Assembly (NCBI GenBank): GCA_964493825.1
Contig: CAZBPR010000001.1
Coordinates: 1,525 to 65,524 of the forward strand
Direction of reading: 5' to 3'
DNA: 64,000 bases
Source of the DNA: an uncultured Dactylococcopsis sp.
GTDB lineage: Bacteria; Cyanobacteriota; Cyanobacteriia; Cyanobacteriales; Rubidibacteraceae
The position numbers and the translations under genes were made by a program. Of the stretch, positions 41,284 to 51,200 are shown one piece after another; position 1 is the first letter of the stretch; the number at the start of each line of letters is the position of its first letter. The notes beneath the pieces were generated by a model. The model was given only the letters and a program-made list of their open reading frames with translations. It ran no database searches and was not told where the DNA came from.

Positions 41284-42888
41284 ATGTTGCCAAAAATATC
41301 CCAAAAACTGAGTCCACTTTCCTTTCTAAAAGCAGAATCCCCCTTGTCTTGGGGGACTTGCCTTTTGGGGGGGATTTTGATGGGAATAACTTGTGATCCA
41401 GTCAACGCTTGGGTTTTCGCCTGGATAGCCTTAATTCCGTTATGGATCTGGGTGGTTCAGCAACGGCACTTTCGTATTAAACAAATTATACCTGCCCTTA
41501 CGTTCGGGATCGGTTATTACGGGGTAACTCTCTTTTGGATTACTGGCATACACCCGATGACTTGGATGGGCGTTCCCTGGTTCAACAGTCTTTTGATTGC
41601 AATTGTCTGTTGGTTAATTTTAATCGCGTGGGGAAGTGTTTTAGTCACCCTCTGGTCTTTCGGGATGATAACTTGTCATCGTTGGCTACATCATCCCTTA
41701 CAACGAGTTGTTATTGGGGTTGCGATTTGGTGTAGTTTAGAAACCCTCTGGAGTTATACCCCACTCCATTGGACAACCTTCGCTTTTACCCAAAGTCCGT
41801 ATAATCTCCCTATCTTACAACTGTTGTCTATTTCGGGAACCACTACGGTTACCGCAGCAATTGTTGGCTTTAATGGCTTAGTTGCCGAAGCGATCCTCCT
41901 CAACTCTGGAAGAAATCCGTCTCGTCTGGTTGGCGGGTTGATCAAAGGCGCGATTGCCTCTGGCAGCGCCCTTTGGGCGATCGCACTGTTAGTCACTTTA
42001 CATCTTGCCGGTTGGTTACTCTATCTGCAACCTGTAGAAACTTCTCCCAACCAAGCGATCCGTGTCGGCATTATTCAAGGGAATATTCCGAATACCATTA
42101 AACTCTATCCCGAAGGCTGGCGCAAAGCGATTGACGGTTACACCACAGGATACATTAATTTAGCCCAAGCGGGTGCCGATGCCATTCTCACCCCAGAAAC
42201 TGCCCTGCCGTTTCAGTGGAGACAACAAGTGAATCAGCGTAGCCCCTTCTATCAAGCGATTTTAGAGGAAGGAGTTCCGGCTTGGGTCGGGGCATTTGGC
42301 AAAAAAGAAGGACGGATCACAAACAGTTTATACAGCATTAGCGCCAACGGAGAGACCCTGAGTCGGTTTGATAAAGTCAAGCTAGTCCCCTTAGGAGAAT
42401 ATATCCCTTTCGAGGACTGGTTAGGAAAACTGATTAACCGCCTCTCTCCTCTCGACTCACATTTGGCGAAAGGAGATCCGGATCAAACCTTTCTCACGCC
42501 GTTCAGTCAAGCGATTGTTGGCATTTGTTATGAGTCTGCTTATGGCGAACATTTCCGCCGTCAAGCTGCCAATGGGGGCGAATTTATTCTCAGTGCCTCC
42601 AATGATGCTCACTATAGCGAAACCATGCCTGCCCAACATCATGCTCAGGATATCATGCGCGCCATTGAAACGGATCGCGCCATGGTTCGCGCTACGAATA
42701 CGGGATATTCTGCGATTGTTGATCCACGAGGGAATACCTTGTGGTTATCGAATATGGATGAATATCAAACTCATCTGGGGACGATTTATAAACAACAAAC
42801 CAAAACCTTATATGTTCGTTGGGGAAATTGGTTGAATTGGGTTTTATTGGGGTCAGGAATAGTGATTATTGTAAGTTATAATCAGTGA
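41284..42888 (+). CDS. lnt: Apolipoprotein N-acyltransferase
   Basis: TM N-terminus, IQGNI, PETA, K.KLVPLGEYIP, ICYES and RATNTGYS motifs. Confidence 0.95.
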   Translation: MLPKISQKLSPLSFLKAESPLSWGTCLLGGILMGITCDPVNAWVFAWIALIPLWIWVVQQRHFRIKQIIPALTFGIGYYGVTLFWITGIHPMTWMGVPWFNSLLIAIVCWLILIAWGSVLVTLWSFGMITCHRWLHHPLQRVVIGVAIWCSLETLWSYTPLHWTTFAFTQSPYNLPILQLLSISGTTTVTAAIVGFNGLVAEAILLNSGRNPSRLVGGLIKGAIASGSALWAIALLVTLHLAGWLLYLQPVETSPNQAIRVGIIQGNIPNTIKLYPEGWRKAIDGYTTGYINLAQAGADAILTPETALPFQWRQQVNQRSPFYQAILEEGVPAWVGAFGKKEGRITNSLYSISANGETLSRFDKVKLVPLGEYIPFEDWLGKLINRLSPLDSHLAKGDPDQTFLTPFSQAIVGICYESAYGEHFRRQAANGGEFILSASNDAHYSETMPAQHHAQDIMRAIETDRAMVRATNTGYSAIVDPRGNTLWLSNMDEYQTHLGTIYKQQTKTLYVRWGNWLNWVLLGSGIVIIVSYNQ

Positions 42889-42911
42889 TATTTAATCAAT
42901 AAATAATTGAC

Positions 42912-43346
42912 ATGAAAAAAATCCTGATTGTGATTGCCTTAGTGGTTGCAACCTATGGACTGGTTGAAGACAAAAAAATCTCTTTGCCTGGGTTAGCAAA
43001 TCCTGTTGCTGCTAGTGAACAAGTCTTAGAATCTGCCTTTGAAAACCGAAGAAGTGATTTTCAAGTTCAAGGTCAAGGAACTGTGATTAGAGTTCTTTCA
43101 GATGATAATAAGGGAAGTAGGCATCAACGTTTTATTATCAGATTGAGTTCTGGACAAACGTTGCTCATTGCTCATAATATCGATATTGCCCCTCGAATTC
43201 CATACCTAGAGGAAGGTGATACCGTTGCGTTTTATGGTGAATATGAATGGAATTCTCAAGGTGGAGTGATACATTGGACACATCATGATCCTAATGGACA
43301 ACACGTTGGTGGATGGCTTTATCATGAAGGAAAAAAATATCAATAA
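42912..43346 (+). CDS. DUF3465 family exported protein
   Basis: DDNKGSRHQRF, AHNIDIAPR and GEYEWN..GGVIHWTHHDP motifs. Confidence 0.85.
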   Translation: MKKILIVIALVVATYGLVEDKKISLPGLANPVAASEQVLESAFENRRSDFQVQGQGTVIRVLSDDNKGSRHQRFIIRLSSGQTLLIAHNIDIAPRIPYLEEGDTVAFYGEYEWNSQGGVIHWTHHDPNGQHVGGWLYHEGKKYQ

Positions 43347-43524
43347 TCAAGAGCAGTATTTCTCTGTTCTTGATTTCTTGATTTCTTGATTCAAGCACTG
43401 ATCGCTTATTGTTCATTCCTATAATTTTCTCAATATCACTCTTCTCAAATACATTCTTCGGGCAAGTTATTTCTGCCCTAAACCAATCCCGAAAGTCACT
43501 CACCCAACCAAAAACTAGTAGATT

Positions 43525-44295
43525 ATGTTAGGCGCAATTGCTGGGGATATTATTGGTTCAATTTATGAATCTCCCCTGAAAAATATCAAGACCAAATCGT
43601 TTCCGCTTTTTCAACCGGAAAGTCGGTTTACTGATGATACAGTTTTGACCGTGGCAATTGCGGATGCCCTTTTAGACAATAAAAATTACACCCAAAAATT
43701 GAAAGAATACTATCATCGCTATCCGCAGGCAGGCTATGGGGAAAACTTTCGTCGTTGGGCGGCTTCTGATAACACTAAACCCTATTACAGTTTTGGCAAT
43801 GGTTCAGCAATGCGGGTGAGTGCAGTGGCTTATGCGTTTTCTGATTTAGAAACGGTAAAAATAGAAGCTTTAAAGAGTGCTGCAGTGACTCATAATCATC
43901 CCGAAGGAATTAAAGGCGCACAAGCAGTTGCCACTGCTATTTTTTTAGCGCGAGGTCACTCGAATAAAGCTGAAATTAAGTGTACCCTTGAAAAGGAGTT
44001 TCAATATAATCTTGATTCAACTGTCTCTGAACTGCAAAAAAATTATAGTTTTGATGTATCTTGTCAGGGATCTGTTCCCCAAGCGATTATTTGCTTTCTA
44101 GAAGCAACTGATTTTGAAGATGCCATTCGTAACGCGATTTCCATTGGAGGAGATAGTGATACGATTGCTTGTATTGCTGGTGGGATAGCTGAAGCGTTTG
44201 ATCAAGGAATTCCTGATCCGATTCTCCAACAAGTGTATCAACGGCTGGATGGAAATCTAAAGACCGTGATTGAACAGTTTTACTCAAGTCTTTAG
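43525..44295 (+). CDS. ADP-ribosylglycohydrolase family protein
   Basis: GAIAGDIIGS, FTDDT, GNGSAMR, THNHPEG and GGDSDT motifs. Confidence 0.92.
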   Translation: MLGAIAGDIIGSIYESPLKNIKTKSFPLFQPESRFTDDTVLTVAIADALLDNKNYTQKLKEYYHRYPQAGYGENFRRWAASDNTKPYYSFGNGSAMRVSAVAYAFSDLETVKIEALKSAAVTHNHPEGIKGAQAVATAIFLARGHSNKAEIKCTLEKEFQYNLDSTVSELQKNYSFDVSCQGSVPQAIICFLEATDFEDAIRNAISIGGDSDTIACIAGGIAEAFDQGIPDPILQQVYQRLDGNLKTVIEQFYSSL

Positions 44296-44335
44296 TTTGT
44301 CTTGATGCGGCAGAAATCATTGCTTTTTTTATGAT

Positions 44336-46333
44336 TTAATTCCTCAGTAATTTTTCCCTTAATTTTTTGACGCGATCGCGCAAGTTTGCCGCTTTTTCAA
44401 ACTCTAAGTTTTCTGCAGCTTCTTTCATTTCTGCTTCCAATTGTTCCACCAGTTGTGGAATTTTATCTAACGGTAAATCATCGGCTTGTTCATAAACCAT
44501 TTCCAACTGTTGGGCATTTAAGCGACGGGAAATATCCAGAAAGGCAAGAATCGAATTATTCTGTTTTTTCACAATCGGTTGCGGGGTAATGCCATGTTTC
44601 TCGTTATATTCCATTTGTACTTTTCGCCGTCGTTCCGTCTCTTGAATGGCGTAGTCCATGCTATCGGTTAAGGTATCAGCATATAAAATGGCTTGTCCTT
44701 CCACATGACGCGCCGCCCGTCCAATCGTTTGGACCAAGGATCGTCCTGACCGTAAAAAGCCTTCTTTATCTGCATCTAAAATGGTAACTAAAGAAACTTC
44801 CGGTAAATCTAATCCTTCCCGCAGTAAGTTGACACCAATTAAAACATCAAACTTGCCTTGTCGTAAATCTTGCAAAATTTCAATTCGTTCAATGGAGTGA
44901 ATTTCTGAGTGCAAATAACGGACACGAATGTCTCGTTCTTCACAATATTCGGTTAAATCTTCCGCCATCCGTTTGGTTAAAGTGGTGACTAAAACCCGCT
45001 CGTTTTTCTCAGCGCGCGCTTTGATTTCTCCCAACAAATTATCAATTTGTCCTTCTGTCGGACGGACAAAAATTTGCGGATCAAGAACACCTGTGGGACG
45101 AATAATTTGCTCAATGACATTGCCATCCGATTTGTCAATTTCCCACTCCCCAGGGGTTGCCGAAACAAAAATACATTGATTAACCTTTTCCCAAAATTCT
45201 TCCGCTTTTAAAGGACGATTATCCGCAGCACTCGGTAGCCGAAAGCCATGTTCCACTAACACTTTTTTTCGTGATTGATCACCATTATACATTCCTCTCA
45301 ATTGGGGAACCGTCACGTGGGATTCATCCACCACTAACAGCCAATCTTCAGGGAAATAATCCACTAGACATTCGGGGGGATCACCGGCATTTCTGCCTGC
45401 TAAATGACGGGAGTAATTTTCAACGCCATTACAATATCCCACTTCTCTTAACAGTTCTAAATCGTACTTTGTTCGTTGTTCTAATCGTTGTGCTTCTAAT
45501 AATTTTCCCTCTGTTTCTAATGCTTCTAAGCGTTGTTTTAGTTCTAATTCAATATTTTCACAGGCTGCTTCTAACTGGTCATCCGGGGTGACAAAGTGAC
45601 GCGCGGGATATAAATTAATTGCTTTTAAGCTGTTTAAAACTTCTCCCGTTGTGGGGTCAACATAGCGCAGGGCATCAATCTCATCTCCAAAAAATTCTAC
45701 CCGAACAATTCGGTCTTCATACGCCGGAACAATTTCTAAAACATCCCCTTTTAAGCGAAATCTTCCTCGTTGTAATTCAGTATCATTGCGGGCATATTGA
45801 ACTGAGACTAAATCTCTTAACAGTTGACGCTGATCCACTTCTTCTCCTAGGCGTAACGGAATTGCTGCGTTGAGGTATTCACTGGGCATTCCTAAGCCGT
45901 AAATGCAACTAATAGAAGCGACAACAATAACATCCTGTCGTTCAAATAAAGACCGCGTCGCCGAATGTCGCAGCATATCAATTTCATCATTAATGGAAGC
46001 AGATTTTTCAATGTAAGTATCAGAGACGGGAATATAGGCTTCCGGTTGATAATAGTCGTAATAACTAATAAAATACTCAACGGCATTATTAGGGAAAAAT
46101 TCTCGTAGCTCATTGCATAATTGTGCAGCTAAGGTTTTATTATGAGCTAACACTAAAGTCGGCTTGCCAACTTTTTCAATGACATGAGCGACACTATAAG
46201 TTTTTCCAGTTCCCGTTGCCCCGAGAAGGGTTTGAAACCGATTATTATTCTTTAAGGATTGGGTTAATTGCGCGATCGCGCGCGGTTGGTCTCCAGTGGG
46301 TTGATAAGAAGATTCTAATTGAAAATTCGACAT
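44336..46333 (-). CDS. uvrB: Excinuclease ABC subunit B
   Basis: [32 protein letters not shown]-like motif and C-terminal UVR domain. Confidence 0.98.
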   Translation of the reverse strand: MSNFQLESSYQPTGDQPRAIAQLTQSLKNNNRFQTLLGATGTGKTYSVAHVIEKVGKPTLVLAHNKTLAAQLCNELREFFPNNAVEYFISYYDYYQPEAYIPVSDTYIEKSASINDEIDMLRHSATRSLFERQDVIVVASISCIYGLGMPSEYLNAAIPLRLGEEVDQRQLLRDLVSVQYARNDTELQRGRFRLKGDVLEIVPAYEDRIVRVEFFGDEIDALRYVDPTTGEVLNSLKAINLYPARHFVTPDDQLEAACENIELELKQRLEALETEGKLLEAQRLEQRTKYDLELLREVGYCNGVENYSRHLAGRNAGDPPECLVDYFPEDWLLVVDESHVTVPQLRGMYNGDQSRKKVLVEHGFRLPSAADNRPLKAEEFWEKVNQCIFVSATPGEWEIDKSDGNVIEQIIRPTGVLDPQIFVRPTEGQIDNLLGEIKARAEKNERVLVTTLTKRMAEDLTEYCEERDIRVRYLHSEIHSIERIEILQDLRQGKFDVLIGVNLLREGLDLPEVSLVTILDADKEGFLRSGRSLVQTIGRAARHVEGQAILYADTLTDSMDYAIQETERRRKVQMEYNEKHGITPQPIVKKQNNSILAFLDISRRLNAQQLEMVYEQADDLPLDKIPQLVEQLEAEMKEAAENLEFEKAANLRDRVKKLREKLLRN

Positions 46334-46427
46334 ATACTTTTCCTATTAATATTTGAAGTAATTACTTCCATCGTCAGACAATTGATTATTGAAAATAGAC
46401 TAGAGAATCGTATTCATCATCAAACCA

Positions 46428-46934
46428 ATGACTAATATTAAATTGCTCAATCAAACTTTGCTTGATACCGTAGCGAATGCAGCAGCAAATAGTCAGCGCT
46501 TGCGGAAAAACCACAACTTTCATCAACTTTCGGAGCAAGTGCAACGCTTCATCAATATTATGCAACCCGGAACCTATGTGCGTCCACATCGTCACACTCG
46601 TCCCGACGATAGAAATGGTTTCGAGTTTTTTCTCGTGCTGCAAGGGAAAGTGGGTGTCTTACTATTTGACGAGTCAGGAACAGTGATTCACACTGAACAA
46701 CTCAGTTCCGAACAGGGCAATTATGGCATTGAAATTGCAGAAGGCACTTTTCACACTCTCGTTGCTTTAGCCCGTAACAGCGTGCTTTTTGAACTGAAAG
46801 AAGGACCCTATATCCCAGCAACGGACAAAGACTTTCTCTCCATTTTTCCCCCCGAAGGAACACCCCAAGCCCAAGCCCAAGTTCAAGTTTGGGAAGCGCA
46901 ATTTACAACCCCTCCCGCAGCAATCCCCGATTAA
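46428..46934 (+). CDS. WbuC-family cupin-fold metalloprotein
   Basis: RLRKNHNFH, PGTYVRPHRH, FHTLVA and ELKEGPY motifs. Confidence 0.85.
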   Translation: MTNIKLLNQTLLDTVANAAANSQRLRKNHNFHQLSEQVQRFINIMQPGTYVRPHRHTRPDDRNGFEFFLVLQGKVGVLLFDESGTVIHTEQLSSEQGNYGIEIAEGTFHTLVALARNSVLFELKEGPYIPATDKDFLSIFPPEGTPQAQAQVQVWEAQFTTPPAAIPD

Positions 46935-47126
46935 CTATAAATTTTTTTTATTACTGTGATCAGGTTTTCCAGCCCAAATTTTATAGGGTTTTGTGCGAAG
47001 TGTCGATAACTTCCTATAATAGAAATAAATCAAAAGAAAACCTAAAAGTTTAAAATCAGTAACGGAAAACATAAACTGTCTTCAGAAACAGCTTAAGTTG
47101 GGAAGGCGAATTAAAAGGAAATTATC

Positions 47127-47570
47127 ATGACCGAAGATCAAGTTCAAGAATATGCGACCTTGGAAGCGGAAAAAGAGGAAGCCAAAACTTCTGCCAAGGC
47201 CAAGTCTAAAGCGAAATCAGAAGCCAAAGGGGCGCAAGAGCATCAAAACACCCTAGCTTTGAAAACAATTGGGGATCGCCCGGTCAGTGGAGGGAAGCTT
47301 GAACTCGCAGGAACCTTCCGTAGTATGGGCAGAGATCGTCCCATCCTTGCCAGTCAATTGAAAATTGTGGAAACGTTCCACACGATGGGTGGAGATCGTC
47401 CTGTTTTTGCCAGTCAGATGCCAACAGTGGGCAACTTTTATTCTTCCGGAAATCGTCCGATTGGAGCAAGCAAGCTCAAAATTGATGAAACCTATTCTAA
47501 CTTTGGCAATCGTCCCGTTGCCTCTAATCAAATTGATGATCCGAGCTTATTGATGGGTTATATTGATTAA
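47127..47570 (+). CDS. Hypothetical protein with five ~20-aa G-[DN]-R-P repeats
   Basis: Good RBS, internal repeats and a downstream terminator. Confidence 0.75.
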   Translation: MTEDQVQEYATLEAEKEEAKTSAKAKSKAKSEAKGAQEHQNTLALKTIGDRPVSGGKLELAGTFRSMGRDRPILASQLKIVETFHTMGGDRPVFASQMPTVGNFYSSGNRPIGASKLKIDETYSNFGNRPVASNQIDDPSLLMGYID

Positions 47571-47613
47571 ATTTACAGCTTAGAAAAAAATACTCCCTTT
47601 GGATGACTCAATT

Positions 47614-47642
47614 CTCCCTTGCTTTGACAAGGGAGTTTTTTA
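47614..47642 (+). terminator. Intrinsic terminator
   Basis: CTCCCTTG-ctttga-CAAGGGAG followed by a T run. Confidence 0.8.
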
Positions 47643-47767
47643 TGGTTCCTTCCTGCGAGGGAAGAAGCGCGATCGCGCTTTTGTTACCTTAATAACAAAA
47701 CTATAATAATTTTTGATAAAACAATTTCATTTCAAGCTAAAGTTTTCATTCAAAAGGAGTTTTAATA

Positions 47768-48190
47768 ATGTCATATCAATCTGAAAAGATCAAACCTAAA
47801 ATTTATAATCAACCCCAACAAAAATCTTTTCCGCCTCAGCAAAAGCGCCGGCAAATGAGCAAATCAGCATCTTTAATTCAACGGGAGCTTCGACAAATTA
47901 TTGCGAAAATGTATCCCAAACAGCGTCAAGCAATGGCTGAGCAGTTCATGAAAAACCTTGGCGAACAAGGAATTGAGGCGCAAACCCTAGCACAGACATT
48001 GACGATCCGAGAAACTGATCCGGCAGCAATGAACTCAGAAGAGATTAGTCAGGTAGCGACCTATACTTATGAACATTACCCGGAAGTCTTTGAAGCCGTA
48101 CTCACACAACCGAATGTCGTGCAGTTTTTGAGTCAGCCAGTTTTATCAGCAATCGTTGGTATCATGGCAGCTAAATGGCTCAATCCCTAA
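47768..48190 (+). CDS. Hypothetical protein
   Basis: AGGAG RBS; 140-aa ORF with a hydrophobic C-terminus. Confidence 0.7.
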   Translation: MSYQSEKIKPKIYNQPQQKSFPPQQKRRQMSKSASLIQRELRQIIAKMYPKQRQAMAEQFMKNLGEQGIEAQTLAQTLTIRETDPAAMNSEEISQVATYTYEHYPEVFEAVLTQPNVVQFLSQPVLSAIVGIMAAKWLNP

Positions 48191-48250
48191 AATTTCTCAG
48201 TCTCATGCCAAGACTTCTCAACGCAATTTTTTAACTTTTAACTGCGATTT

Positions 48251-51200
48251 ATGAGTGCTCAGCCTAATTCTCAACCGGACTCATCATCAGAGACATCTGT
48301 TCCTGAGCCATCTCCCTCCTCACCGCCTCGACCTCCTTGGCTGCGATCGCTGCTGATTTTGATTCTCGTCGGATTAGGAGGAGCAGCGGTTTATGGTTGG
48401 TATTTTCTCAATTATCGGCTCTCAGCAACTGTTGCTAAAAGCTTAAGTACTCTTCTCTCCCGTCCCGTTGAAGTAGGCGATCTCGAAGCATTTTCTTTCA
48501 CTGCTCTGACCTTTGGCGAAAGCGTCATCCCGCCCACAGCAGACAACGCAGAAGCAGCGACAATTTCTGCTGTCGAAGTTGATTTTACGCCGTTCAAGCT
48601 CCTCACCCAGCAAACGATCGAACTCGATGTCACCTTAGTTAAACCTGACATCACCGTTGAGCAAACGCCAGAGTGGAAATGGCTGACTACCGAATTAACA
48701 CCACAACCCCCCGGCGCTATTGACATTAAACTGAAAACACTTGCCCTTGAAAATACTCGTCTTACTCTGGTCCCGCGGAACCCAGCCGGAGCACTTGAAT
48801 CTCCCGTTCACTTGAGCTTACCGCAAGTGGATAGTCAGTTTCTTGATAATAATCAACGCATTCAGTTTCAAGTTAACAACTTATCTGTTGCTGAGGCGCA
48901 AGGCAATCTCGATTTAGAAGGAGAAGCGCGCCTAGAAAGTGGCGAAGTCGAACTTGCACTCACCACTGACCAATTAGCCATTGCAGAATTAGCGCGCCTC
49001 GTTGCCTCTCCCCTCGATATTTCCCAAGGAACCCTGAGTGCTCAAACTAAAATTTCTCTAAATTTCGATGGCAGTTTACCGAGTTTTCAAGGAACTGCAG
49101 AATTGAATAATTTTGAAGGAAAACTCGATCAGTTCACGACTGCGATTGAGAACACTAACGCTAAGCTCCGGCTAGCGGGACAAGATATTATTGTTGAGAC
49201 TCTTAATACCGAATTTGGTGACATTAACGCGACTGCTCAAGGAACCATTAATTTGGCCCAAGGCTATGATTTAAAGGCTAATGTTGAACCTACCCCAGTG
49301 GCTAAGCTTTTATCTGCCGTTAATGTCGATCCCAGTGAAATTCCCATTAGCGGCACAATTGAAGCCAATCTTGCCATTACTGGTCCCCTAGATAATCCCC
49401 AAATTGACATCACTGCCAAAAGCACTCAAACGACAACTGTTGATCAAGTCAAAATCAGTCGTTTACAAACGGAACTTTCCGTACAGGGAACCCAAGTTAA
49501 AATTGAGAACTTTCAAGGGACGCCAGAAACAGGGGGAACCATTACTGCTAAAGGAACACTGAATTTAAGCGGCAACCGACAAATTGCCTTAAATTTTGAA
49601 GTGAAAGAGGTTTCTGGCGAGATCATTCGCCCTTATCAAGAGAATCTTCCTGATGATCTAGGCACTCTCAACGCCTCTGGTGAAATTACAGGAGCATTAA
49701 GCGACTGGAAAAGTCTCAAAGGACAAGGAACTGCTAACTTAGCCATTGCTGATGGCACCGTGACTTTACCCCAACTTCAACTCGCTCAAGGTCGCCTACA
49801 AGCTCAAATTAACGTCAATGCCTTACAACCTGAACAACTGAGCGAGCAACTCCCTCCCCAACTACAAAATCCCCTATCGGGAGAATTTCGCCTTGATGCT
49901 GATATTGCCGACTTTTCTCCTGAAAAACTGCGGGTCACGGGATCGGGATCGTTAAGCATTCCCCAAGGAGAACTGGCTGCCACTGACCTTAACTTGAATC
50001 AAGGTCAGTTAACTGCTGATTTGCAACTCAGCAATATTCCCATTGCCTTACTTGCCCCACAAACGCCACCAGAATTCAATGAATTGCTCTCGGCACAGTT
50101 TCAGGTCAATGCAGATATTGAGGAATTTGCTCTCAACCAAATTCAAGGCACAGGGTCAGGGTCAATTACGACTAAGGGCAGTCATCAAAACCAACAAATT
50201 GCCCTCAACAACCTCCGTTTGAATCAAGGGAACTGGGAAGGGAATCTACAGGCTAACAATTTCAACCTTTCTCCTTTCGTCCCGAATCTACCGCCACAAT
50301 TCCAAAATACCCTCATTGATACTCAACTCAATGCTCGAGGAACCTTAGAGAATTTAACCCCAGCTGGCATTACGGTCCAAGGCACTGCTAGAGCGAGTCA
50401 AATTGCAGGAGGCAGTGTCACAGCGGATGTCCTGCGCCTAGACGAAGGTGTCTTTCAAATCGTCGCTACTCCAAAAGATATCCAACTCTCTCAACTTTCA
50501 GATCAGTTACGAGGGAAGCTTGCTGGCGAAGTGAGTGTGAAGGGGACCCTCGATAATCTCACTCCTGCGGGGATGACTGGGCAGGCCAACTTAAACTTGA
50601 GTGAAGGACTCGCCCTGATTACGAATCCTCTAAGCACACGCCTGAGCTGGGACGGTCAGCAAGTGATTCTTGAGGAAGCTCAAGCAGAAAACTTTTTTGC
50701 TGAAGGCATCATTGAACTGGACTTCGATCAACAAGGACAAGAAATCGTTGAACAAATCAATTTAACGGTTGATGCCCAACAATTGGATTTAGAACAACTT
50801 CCCTTCCCTCAACCCCAAGCAGTGGGTCAAATTGATGTGCAAGGTTTTGCTGATTTTTCGGGCACGATTACCGGTAATCTCATTCAACCTGAAGCTGAAG
50901 GCAGTATGCGTCTGCAAAACTTTGGTGTGGAGGGATTTATTTTTGATCCAGAAATGACGGGTGGGATTCAAGTTAATGCAGCACAAGGGGTCAGACTGAA
51001 CTTAATTGGGAAGAGTGACATTCCTGATCGCATTGAATTAGCATTATCTTCGCCGCAACCCAATCGTTTACTCCCCTTAGAACCGGCTTCTTTTTTCATT
51101 AAACGAGATGATGCGATCGCGCAAGGCACCCGCCAAGACGATACGTTACAAGTAACTTTAGATGAAATTCCCCTTGACCTTCTCAAAGATGTAGCCCCTC

